In this document: piece by piece, positions 17,680 to 29,594 of the stretch
How the letters are laid out: every line of letters starts with the position of its first letter
Numbering within the stretch: the stretch's first letter is position 1
Origin: Anaeramoeba ignava BMAN
Taxonomy: Eukaryota; Protista; Anaeramoebae
DNA: 64,000 nucleotides
Reading direction: 5' to 3'
Assembly: GCA_028826165.1 (NCBI GenBank)
Contig: JAPDFW010000076.1
Location: 1-64,000 of the forward strand
Notes under the pieces: model-generated
Seen by the model: only the letters and a program-made list of their open reading frames with translations
Databases searched by the model: none
Told to the model about the DNA's origin: nothing
Position numbers and translations under genes: made by a program

Positions 17680-20600
17680 ATGTATTATCTTTTAAGTTGT
17701 GATCCAACAACAAAAGATGGATATGAATATGTTCATTGGATAAATAAAGTTTTTGGGGACTGTATTTACACTCCAAGAGATATAGTTGCTTTTGCAATAG
17801 GTCTTTCTTCTATTGCTTGTTGGCTGGTCGCACAAGCTCCGTATATTCTTTTTATTATACAAAATTTTTTTCTCATTTTCATTTATTCAATTCTTTAATT
17901 TTTAATTAAAATTTATTTATAAAATTCATTTATAAAATTAAAATTAAAATTAAAATTAAAATTAAAATTAAAATTAAAATTCATTTATAAAATTAAAATT
18001 AAAATTAAAATTAAAATTAAAATTAAAATTAAAATTAAAATTAAAATTAAAATCAAAATTAAAATCAAAATTTAAATCAAAAAATTTAAAATTAAAATTA
18101 AAATTAAAATTAAAATTAAAATTAAAATTAAAATTAAAATTAAAATTAAAATTAAAATTAAAATTAAAATTAAAATTAAAATTAAAATTAAAATTGAAAA
18201 TAAAATCAAAATTAAAATTAAAATTAAAAATTAAAATTCATTTATAAAATTAAAATTTAAAATTAAAATTAAAATTAAAATTAAAATTAAAATTAAAATT
18301 AAAATTAAAATTTAAATCAAAATTAAAATTAAAAATTAAAATTAAAAATTAAAATTAATATTAAAATTCATTTATAAAATTAAAATTGAAAATAAAATTA
18401 AAATTAAAATCAAAATTAAAATTCATTTATAAAATTCATTTATAAAATTAAAATTAATATTAAAATTAAAATTCAAATTAAAATTAAAATTTATTTATAA
18501 AATTTGAATTAAAATTAAAATCAAAATTAAAATTCATTTATGAAATTAAAATTCAAAATAAAATTAAAATTAAAATTCATTTTGATATTTAAAATTAAAA
18601 TTAAAAACAAAATTAAAATTCATTTATAAAATTAAAATTAAAATTAAAATTAAAATTGATTATTAAAATTTGTTTTTTTTAAATTAGTCAATTATATATG
18701 AATTATAAGTTAAAAAGTTCAGATTCTTTAAGTCCAATATTTTTAATTGGTAAATAATTTAAATTTTTTTATCAACAAAAAACAACTTTGTGACTTTTTT
18801 CTCTATCAATTCTCGATTCAACAAACAATCCAAAAATCAAAAAAAAAGGATTTATTAAAATAATTGAATCCAATATTTGGAATACAAATTAACAAACAAA
18901 ACAAGAGAATTGTTCAAAAACAAGAGAAAATTGAAAACACAAAAAAAAAATAAGCAAAATCTAATTCATTAATAAATTTGATCGTTGCTTCATATATTAT
19001 TCAATACCATTTTCTTCCATATTAATTTTTTAGAATGGCTTTTGGGTGATACATTTAATTTAGTCGGTTGTATTTTAACAGGTCAACTTGCTTCTCAAGT
19101 ATTTTGAAATTATATTTAAAATTAAAATTCATTTTGATACTAAAATTAAAATTAAAATTCAAATTAAAATTAAAATTAAAATTAAAATTATATTTAAAAT
19201 TAAAATTCATTTTGATATTTAAAATTAAAATTTATTTTGATATTTAAAATTAAAATTAAAATTAAAATTAAAATTAAAATTCATTTTGATATTGATATTT
19301 AAAATTCAAATTATATTTGAAATTAAAATTAAAATTCAAATTAAAATTAAAATTAAAATTCAAATTAAAATTAAAATTCAAATTAAAATTAAAATTAAAA
19401 TTCAAATTAAAATTAAAATTCAAATTAAAATTAAAATTAAAATTCAAATTAAAATTAAAATTAAAATTAAAATTAAAATTCATTTTGATATTGATATTTA
19501 AAATTTAAATTAAAATTAAAATTAAAATTCATTTTGATACTAAAATTAAAATTAAAATTAAAATTCATTTTGATATTAAAATTATTATATTCTTTTTAAT
19601 AAAAAAGACAGCAACCGCAGTTTATTTTTGTTTAATAGATTTTTTTATGATTACACAATTTATTTATTATCAAGCTCGAAAAAAGAAATTTCATCCAGAA
19701 TTATATCAAAAAAAAGAGGAAGAAGAAAATTTAGAAGATTCAAAACAAGATACAAAATTATTAAGCGATGAAGATGAAAAATCAAAAGAAAAATCAAAAG
19801 AAAAACAAATTGAAAAATTAAACAAAATTTTAAATATAAATGAAAATGAAAATGAAAATGAAAATGAAAATGAAAATGAAAATGAGAATAAAATTGAATC
19901 TAATACTGATACTGAAAAGCAAAAATTATTAATTTTTATCGGTTTAATTGGGTTTTCTTATACTTTTTTTTTACATAATCCTCAACCTCCACAAAGTTTA
20001 AATTCTAGAAAAATTTTATCAATGGTTTGAATATTTAAAAATATTTTTCCAAAAAAATTTTCACTTAAAATTTTTCTAACTGAAAAAAAATTTTATTATT
20101 TGTTTTGAATTATTAAGTCTCATCATTCAAAAGAAGTTTTAGGTAAATTTTAAATTTAAAAAATTTTAAAAAAGCAAAAAAAAAAAATTTATATTTAAAT
20201 TATTTTTTTTTCTTTTAGGAACTGTAATTGGTTGGATTAGTGCAGCTTTTTATTTAGGTTCAAGATTACCACAAATTATCAAAAATTTCCAAAGAGGATC
20301 AACAGAAGGTCTTTCTCTTCAAATGTTTATTGCAGCAGTTTGCGTAAATATTTAATTAATTATTTATAAAAAAAATTTTTTTGAATTCGGAACTTTTTTG
20401 ATTTTTAATTTATTTTTTATTTTTAATTTTTTAATTTTTAATTTTTAATTTTTTAGGGAAATTTAACTTATGCTTTAGGAATTTTTATTCGTTCTGTTGC
20501 TTGGAGTTTTGTTTGGCCAAAGTTTCCTTGGATTGTTGGAAGTGTTGGAACTTTATGTTTTGATTTTACAGTAAAAATTATTTTTTCATTTTCCAAAAAA

Positions 20601-20756
20601 AAAAATCAATTTTTAATCAAAAAAAAAAATTTTTTCTTTTTTCATTTTAAAATTAAAAATAAAAATAAGATCTTTACTCAATTTCAATATTACAGAAGAA
20701 AAAACAAAAAATTGCGCGAAAATCTTTTAAGACCTGATTCAAGTTCAATTAATTAA
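17680..20756 (+). CDS. PQ-loop lysosomal/vacuolar amino-acid transporter (PQLC2/YPQ-like), 8 exons including a 25-nt microexon (20118-20142)
   Basis: PQ repeat 1: GLSSIACWLVAQAP|QLYMNYK..SLSPIFLIEWLLGDTFNLVGCILTGQL. PQ repeat 2: GWISAAFYLGSRLPQIIKNFQRGSTEGLSLQMF..GNLTY..PWIVGSVGTLCFD. EKQKLL is a dileucine-type motif. TAA at 20754-20756. Confidence 0.9.
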
Positions 20757-21234
20757 TTAATTATTTTAAAACAAAAAATTTTTCTTTCTCAAACAATTTT
20801 TTTTTACTTTTTTTTTTTCTTTAGAAACGTAATTTTTTTTTTAGTCAAAAAAAATTTGAATTTTAAATTAAAATCCATAATCCATTTTAAATAATCCATT
20901 TTAAATAATCCATTTTAAACAATTCATCTTAAACAATTCATTTTAAACAATTCATTTTAAACAATTCATCTTAAACAATTCATCTTAAACAATTGATTTG
21001 AATTCATTTGAATTGATTTGAATTGATTTGAATTGATTTGAATTGATTTGAAAATATATATATATATATGATAGGGATCTTCAATAAGGGTTGTCACATG
21101 ATTTAAAGCAAATTTGATAAATTTTTTTTATTTCTAGATTAATAAAAAAAATTAACAAAACAAAATAATTCTTAAATTCTTCAAGTTTTTCAAATTGTTT
21201 AAATTGTTTAAATTGTTTAAATTGTTCAAATTGT

Positions 21235-24200
21235 TTAAATTGTTTTTCTTTTCTTTAACAAAATTGTTAATTGTCTTTTTGATAAATTTTGAGGAGTTTT
21301 ACATTCTTTAATCACTTTTTTCTTTGATAAAGCTTCATCCTCTTCATTTCCCAATTCAGAATCAGATTCAGATTCAGATTGAGATTGAGTTAAAGTTAAA
21401 AATATTTTTTCAGAATCAAAATTGGTTTTTTTTCTTTTTGATTTTTTTTTGGAAGAATTTTTTCTCAAAATTGAATCATCATTTTCAATTTGATTTTTTA
21501 AGAAATTTTGAAAAGGAATCATTTCATTAACAAAATTGCGAATTTTTTCATCTGATTTTTTTTGAGATAAAAAATCAATTTTAATTTGTTGGAAATCATC
21601 ATCACTTTCAAGACTAATAAATTTATCATTTATTTTTAAATTTCCGTTAAGATTAACGTCAAAAGCTTGTAAAAAATTAAACCAAGGACCGTAATCAATT
21701 GATTCAGAAAGAATATTTGAAAAGAAAAATTCTTCGTTTGTATTTTTGCTTATCAAGTAATAAAAATAAACTGAATGATTTTGTTTTAATCCTAAGCATT
21801 TATTTTCCGCTCGAAGCATTAATTTTGGATTCCAGTTGATTTCTGTAAAAATTACAAGTGTTGCTGAACTTGGAAACATAATCGGTAATTGATTGAGCGA
21901 AATGCTCGCAATTTTTATTGTTTGATCTTCTTCAAATTTTGAAAGTTTTTTTCTTCTTTCTTCCTTTTTTTCTTCTTCAAAAATCACAATGTGTTTTTTT
22001 TGTGAATTTTCTAAATAATTTCTTACTGTTTCTTTTATAATCTCGTTGCTTGTGAAAATTATGCATTTTCTGTTTGGAAAGTTTGATGTTATTTTATCAA
22101 TTAAATTTGGAATATATTTTTTTTTCTGGTTCGAAATTTCATGTGAAAATTGTATTAAATTTTCGTTAAAATGTGGATCAGAAACATCAAGTTGTTTCTG
22201 TTGATTTTCTTCTTTTGTGTTTTCGTTTGTGTTTTCTGTCGTGAAAAAATAAGGAATTCGATAATGAGGTTGTAAATGGTTTTTTCTCTGAATCCAATTT
22301 TTCTCGCCATTTTCTGCAATTATGCAATTTTGTTTCAGAAAATCTTCATATTTTGTTGAATTGAAAAAAAGTGAACTAAAAAGCTCCAAATTTTCATATT
22401 CATTTGGAAACAATAACTCAAATTGTGGGAATAATTTTTCTGCTTCTGTGATTGTTTTTTGATCTGAAAGAACAATTTTGCGAGTTGAATTAGTCAATGT
22501 TTTTTCAATTATTTTCAGTGAATTTCCAACATCAAAAGCTGGCAAATTTGTTCCATCAAAAACAACAAAATGGAAAGAAATCCCATCAAATATTTCTGTT
22601 AATTTTGACGTCGTTTCTTTGTTCAAAATTAATGTTGTTGATAATATTGTGATTGCTTTTGTTTTTTCAAATTGCTCCAGATTGTTTGGGTGAATAAGAA
22701 TATTAATTGATAAATTGGTGTCAAATAAAAGCCAGTTTTCAAAAGCAAGTTCCCAACCAAAACATCTTTTTCTTGAGCAAATGATTAAAATATTTGTGTC
22801 TTTTTCAAAGTGATTTATGATTGACATAATTTGTAATGTATTGTGACCAAGAACACAATCAAAAAAGTAATTTTCTTGTTCTTGAATTGATAAGTCATAA
22901 ACAAAATCATCGTGGTTTTTTGTGATTGATTTTTCTACTTGAATCCAACAATATTTTTTTTCTTTAAATTCTTCTTTTTTCAATTTGGAAATTCCAATTT
23001 TATCGAAATAACTCAAAATACTTTTTTTGTTTGAAATGCAAACATTATATTCTTTTTGATTTGAAAATTTTGATATTTTCTTTTGCTTTTTTGATAAAAT
23101 TCCAAACCCAGCTAATACAAAAATAAATTGTTCAGCAATTTTCCCATTTGGAAATGAAAAATTAATTGATATGAATTCTTTGGCATTTGTATTCTTAGTA
23201 AAAGTGCAAATTGAACCACAAAGCTCAAATAAAATTTGAATAAAGTTGATCATCAGATCAAGCTCTGAAATGAGGAAATTTAATGGAATTTCTTTTTCAT
23301 TTGAGCAAACACCAAACTTATATCCATGATGAATAAGTAAATCAACGTATTCTTTTGATGAAATTTCCACAAAATTTTGATCAATTAATAAATGCGATTT
23401 TTTACAGTTTTGAGAATGGTTTTGTGGATTTTTTGAAGGAAGTAATAATTTGTGGAAATGAAGAACAAAATTTTCTTTTGATTTTTGATTTGGAAAGCTA
23501 AATTGAGATTTAAAATGTTGAATATTTTCCTCAACTGCAAATAAAAAATGATTAACCATTAAGTAAACTAATGATATTTTGGGAAAAGAAGGATTGATTC
23601 GAGAGGAATCCGATATGCTTGAATTTTGGATTTTGTTCCAAAAATTCAACGAGAAAAGTACTTTATCTTTGTTTGAAATTTGGGATGCTCTTTTCCATCC
23701 GTTTGGAGTTAATAGCTTATGTTTGAGGGATGTTTTAAGTGTAATTCCATTTGAAAGGGTTGTTTTTCGAATTTTAAATGTTTTTTCTCGGTAAATTGCT
23801 GTAATTTCTTGGAATTTGATCTGGTTATTTTGGTTGAATGCAAGAATCTTTAAATTCTCTTTTCCTGTTTTCTGGATAGGTTTATACCATTCTCCATTAT
23901 CAAGATCAATAACTTTTGATTTTGAATAAATGAATTGATTAAATAATGTTTGAATGGAAAAAATTCCATAGTTTGTCATCAAAAGAGATTTTCCATGGAT
24001 ACATTTTCCTGGGATAGAATCATCTGCAAGTATTATTTTGCTGTTTTCTTGTGAGATTGCTTTCTCAACTCTTTTTGTTTGTGATGAAGTGAGGAATGTA
24101 CTTAATTTTTCTTGTATTTCTTTTCTTTTTTGGGTTTTGGAGTGGAATTCTGTTATTCTTTTCAATTCTTCATATTCAATTTCTTGGATTTCAATATTTA

Positions 24201-27200
24201 TTTGATTGTTTTGCTGCTGGAAATTTTTAAGAGAATTAAGAATTTGATTATAAATTTGAAAAGAGAATTGGATTGAATTTGGAAATTGGTTTGATCTTTG
24301 TATTTCATATTCTTCCAAAAATGTTTTAATTTGTAATATATCTTCTGAACTTGTCAATTCAATAGTATCCTCATTTTTGATTGAGAAATGAAGAGTAATT
24401 TGGTTTAAATTATTATTACTATTATTTTCAAATGAAGAAATTTGAAGTTGTTTTAATTTTTGGTTTTGAGAATGTAGTTGATTGTTTGTGTGCTCCATTT
24501 CTTGCTGTTTTATATTTGGTTGGTTATTAAGATTTAAGAGGTTTTGGATTCGATTTTGAGAATTATTTAAAAGAGCATGAAAATTTGGGGATATTTGCGA
24601 GTTTTGAGATAAATTTGATGTAATTTTTGGATTAATTTTTTGGTTTAAGTAGATGAATCTAGCCTGCTTTTGAGATTGAGATTCAATTTGATTTATATTT
24701 TGATTTATATTTTGATTTATATCTTGATTTATATTTTGATTTATATTTTGATTTATATTTTCATTGTTTTGATTTATATTTTGATTTATATTTTCATTTA
24801 TATTTTCATTTATATTTTGATTTATATTTTGATTTATATTTTGATTTATATTTTGATTTATATTTTGATTTATATTTTGATTTATATTTTGATTTATATC
24901 TTGATTTATATTTTGATTTATATTTTGATTCATATCTTCATTTATATTTTGATTTATATTTTCATTGTTTTCATTTATATTTTGATTTATATTTTCATTT
25001 ATATTTTCATTTATATTTTCATTTATATTTTTGATTTATATTTTGATTTATATTATTTTATATTTTATATCTTCATTTATATTTTCATTTATATTTTGAT
25101 TTATATTTTGATTTATATTTTGATTTATATTTTGATTTATATTTTGATTTATATTTTCATTTATATTTTGATTTATATTTTGATTTATATTTTGATTTAT
25201 ATTTTGATTTATATTTTCATTTATATTTTGATTTATATCTTCATTTATATTTTCATTTATATTTTGATTTATATCTTCATTTATATTTTGATTTATATTT
25301 TGATTGTTTTCATTTATATTTTGATTTGTGTTTTCATTGTTTTCATTTATGATTTGTATTTGAGATTGATATGGAGATTTATATTGAGAATGATGTTGAG
25401 ATTGATGTTGAGATTGATTTATATTTTGTATTTGAGATTTATTTTGAGATTTATATTGAGTTTTATTTATATTTTGTATTTGAGATTGATGTTGAGATTG
25501 ATGTTGAGATTGATGTTGAGATTGATGTTGAGAATGATGTTGAGATTGATTTATATTTTGTATTTGAGATTGATGTTGAGATTGATGCTGAGATTTATAT
25601 TGAGATTGATGTTGAGATTTATATTGAGTTTTATTTATATTTTGTATTTGGGATTGATATGGAGATTGATGTTGAGATTGATGATAAGATTGATGTTGAG
25701 ATTGATTTATATTTTGTATTTGGGATTTATTTATATTTTGTATTTGGAATGATTCCTCTTTCTGATTCTTATTCAATATTGATGTGTTTTGATTTTCAGA
25801 ATTTAGATTAAATTGATCCATTACATTTTTTTGAGAAGAATTAGAAGTAATTGGGATTAATGGAGTTTTTTGAATATTTAAAGGATTTAGATTATTATTT
25901 ATATTATTATTTAAATTATTATTTATATTATTATTTAGATTATTATTTAGATTATTATTTAGATTATTATTTAGATTATTATTTATATTATTATTTAAAT
26001 TATTATTTAGATTATTATTTAAATTATTATTTAAATTATTATTTAAATTATTATTTAGATTATTAATTATTATTTATATTATTATTTAAATTATTATTTA
26101 TATTATTATTTAGATTATTATTTAAATTATTATTTAGATTATTATTTAAATTATTATTTAGATTATTATTTAGATTATTATTTATATTATTATTTAAATT
26201 ATTATTTATATTATTATTTAGATTATTATTTAGATTATTATTTAGATTATTATTTAGATTATTATTTAGATTATTATTTAAATTATTATTTAGATTATTA
26301 TTTAAATTATTATTTAAATTATTATTTAAATTATTATTTAAATTATTATTTATATTATTATTTAGATTATTATTTATATTATGATTTATATTATTATTGT
26401 TGAAGCTCTTGACAGTTTTCAAATTGCTTAAAGTTGTAATTTTTGGAAAACTTGAAAAACTTGGAAAACTATTAAATTTATTCAAATTATTTTCATTTAA
26501 TTTATTGAATTGATATAATTTTTGATTTTGATTTTGATTTTGATTTTGATTTTGATTTTGATTTTGATTTTGATTTTGATTTTGATTTTGATTTTGATTT
26601 TGATTTTGATTTTGATTTTGATTTTGATTTTGATTTTGATTATTGAATTGATATAATTTTTGATTTTGGTTTTGGTTTTGGTTTAAATGATTTAATTTTA
26701 AAGGTTGATTCAAATTTGGATTGAGTTGATTCAAATTTGGATTGAGTTGATTTAATTTTAAAGGTTGATTTAATTTTAAAGGTTGATTCAAATTTGGATT
26801 GAGCTGATTTAATTTTAAAGGTTGATTTAAATTGGGATTGAGTTGATTTAATTTTAAAGGTTGATTTAAATTTGGATTAAATTGATTTAAATTCAGATTT
26901 AAATTATTTGGATTGAATTGATTTAAATTTAAATTATGTTGAGTAAAATTATATAGTTTTATTTTGTTTTGAGGAAATTTATCAACATTTTGTTGATTAA
27001 CATAATTAGGAAGAGGTTTTATATTATTAGAAAAATTTTGAATAGAAGGAAATAAATTAATTGAAGAAGAATTTGAAGAAAAAGAATTTTCTCCAAATTT
27101 TTCAATAGAATTTTCTTTTGAATCATTATTTATTTTCGATGGAGAATTTTGGAAAGTTGTATTTTGAGTTGAATTTGAATTTTCAATTGGATTTGTATTT

Positions 27201-27379
27201 GAATTTTTATTTTTATTTGAATCTGTATTTGTATTTGAATTTGAATTTGAAAAATTATTTTGAGAAAGAAAATTATTATTTAAAGTATTGCATTGAATTT
27301 GAATATTATAATAACAAGGACTTGATGTAAGTTGATTATTTTGTTCTTTTTGTGTTTTTTTATTTAAAGGATTTTGCAT
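21235..27379 (-). CDS. SMARCAL1/HARP-like SNF2-family protein with a long N/Q-rich N-terminus, degenerate ATPase motifs and an intein; ORFs 27379-26063, 25821-25048 and 24933-21235 are probably one gene broken by indels in repeats
   Basis: HARP-like segment (~24402-24175, QFSFQIYNQILNSLK..INIEI). Motif I ILADD..GK|TLQ; motif Ia LIICS..FGWE..F..WL. C-lobe KCIIFT, ERRKKLSKFEED..IASISL, SATLVIFTEINWNPKLMLRAENKC..QNHSVYFYYLISKNTNEE, matching the SMARCAL1 pattern. Confidence 0.8.
22840..24003 (-). mobile_element. Intein (388 aa) with degenerate LAGLIDADG homing endonuclease, inserted in Walker A of the SNF2-like host
   Basis: Block A CIHGKSLLMTNYG (Cys1 at 24003-24001); block B ITLKTSLKHKLLTPNGWKRASQI; endonuclease remnants VYLMVNHFLFA, KEIP, FIQILFELCGSI, FVLAGFGI, YFDKIG; block F VYDLSI; block G GHN followed by Thr+1. 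Excision restores ILADDSIPGK-TLQ. Confidence 0.95.
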
Positions 27380-28044
27380 TTATTTAATTTAAATATGTTT
27401 AAAAAAAATGAATTAAATTTTTTTAATTTTTTTGTTTTTAAATTTTTAATTTAATTTTTTGTTTTTCAAAAACATTAAAAAAAAGTTTTAAAAAAAAATA
27501 ATTTTTTTTAATTGATCATTTTGAAATTAAAATTTTTAAAATTAAAAACAAAAACAAATTTGAAATTAAAAACAAAAACAAAAACAAATTTTGAAATTAA
27601 AATTAAAATTAAAATTGAAATTAAAAACAAAATTAAATTCAAAATTAAAATTAAAATTAAAATTAAAATTAAAATTAAAATTGAAATTGAAATTAAAATT
27701 GAAATTAAAATTGAAATTAAAATTAAAATTAAAATTAAATTGAAATTAAAATTGAAATTAAAACAAAAACAAAATTAAAATTCATTTATAAAATTAAAAT
27801 TAAAATTAAATTAAAATTTAAAATGAAATTAAAAAAAAATTAAAAAAATTAAAATTATAAAATTAAAATTAAAATTGAAATTGAAAACAAAAACAAATTT
27901 TGAAATTAAAATTTGAAATTGAAATTGAAATTAAAATTGAAATTAAAAACAAAAACAAATTTTGAAATTAAAATTGAAATTAAAATTGTTTAATCATTTA
28001 TTCTTTTTATCTCTAAATAAAATTATAAGAAAAAAATTTTTTTA

Positions 28045-29399
28045 TCAATAAAATGTTGTTGAAAAATTTTGTTTTTGAAACTTTTTCTCTCTTTCTGTTT
28101 TTCTTTTAATTTTTAAAATCTTCTTATTTTCTTGGAAATAACTTTTTAATATTTTTTTCTCTTTTGGTTTAATTCTTAAAATTTCATAATCAAAAAGTTG
28201 TTTAAAAAATAGGTTATTTTCTAATTGAAATTGTAAACCTGAATCAAAAATCATTTTCAAAAAATTAAACTGAATAATTTTATGCCATTTTTTGATCTTA
28301 ATTGGATTTGATTTAATTGTAATTTTTAAAGAAGGAAAAATAAGATTTTCAATTGAATCCAAAACTTGATTGAATCTTTCTCGAATTTCTTTTGCATATT
28401 GATTAGTGATTCTATCTTTTTTGTGGTCAATAAAACTTGATTGTTCAATTGCTTGCAATACATTTTTTCTTAATGTTTTTGTTGTTGGGAATTTTTTGTC
28501 TTCAAAAAAGGAATCTTGAATAAAAAATAAAAGTGCCACATTTTCTGTTATTGCTATCTTTGTGTCTGGAAGATCTTTTTGCAAAAATTGCAAATGAATA
28601 TTCATTAAATAATCATATAACATCATATTTGCGTCTTCATGTTCGTGCTTTATGTGTGTTTGAATGGGGAAATGTTTGCTTTCTTTTGATAATAAAATCC
28701 TGTCAAAAAATTCTTCTTTTGTTTCAATAATAAAATAACTTGGTATGCTTGATATAATTAGCCCAATTCCTTCAAATAATGATTGTATGGTTTTGATATG
28801 TTGGTTTTGTGTTTCTGTTTTTGTTATTTCTTCAATTTGTTCAAGAATAAAATTCATGCATTCTAATCCAACTTCGTAATTTTGATTAAAAGAGAAAAGA
28901 AATCCTAAAAGAGAAATAGCCTTGATTGCCTTTTTATTTTTTGATAGAACAAAGAAATGAAGAATGTTAGAATTTATATTAATAATTAATTTAAATAAAA
29001 ATAAATAAAAATTAAAAAATCGGAAAAAATTTTAAAATCGGAAAAAATTTTTACTTGTGAAGAAAGTTCTTCGTTTTTTCTTTCAAGAATAAATTTAGAT
29101 AATTCAACATGAAATTGTTCAAAAAGAAAAGAAGTTTGTTCTACAAAAATAACGGAAATTAATTGAATTAATTGGATTGTTTTTAATTTTTCAATTAAAT
29201 TTGATTTCTTTAAGATTTTTAATAAATTTGATGTTAAAGTTTCAAAATAATCAGTTAAAGTTGGATCTTGATCGATCTTAAAAAATTCAATTAAATTGTC
29301 AATATCATTCATTCTTTTGGTTTTATTTCTAATTGAAAGTGATTCTATTGTTTCTTTTAATTGTTCTGTTGTTTTTATTGATTTTTTTTGTTGTTTCAT
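28045..29399 (-). CDS. Interferon-related developmental regulator (IFRD1/2-like, ribosome-hibernation factor family); exons 29399-29055 and 28929-28045
   Basis: LKETIESLS..KTKR..TLTSNLLKILKKS..E; RERFNQVLDSIE..FP; W..QFNFLK..FDSGLQFQLENNLFFKQLF, which fit IFRD and IFRD_C patterns. The GT-AG intron is in phase. Confidence 0.7.
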
Positions 29400-29594
29400 T
29401 TTCTGTTCTAAAATCTAAAAAAAATTTATTTATTTTTTTATTTATAAAAGGAAAAAAATTTAAGTAAAAAAATTTATAAAGAAAAAATTGTAAATAAAAG
29501 AAAAAAAAAATGAAAAAAAAAATTTATTTTAATTTTCTTTTTAAATTCCCCTTTTTTATTTAGATGACGTCATTTATTAAAAAAAAGAGAACAA

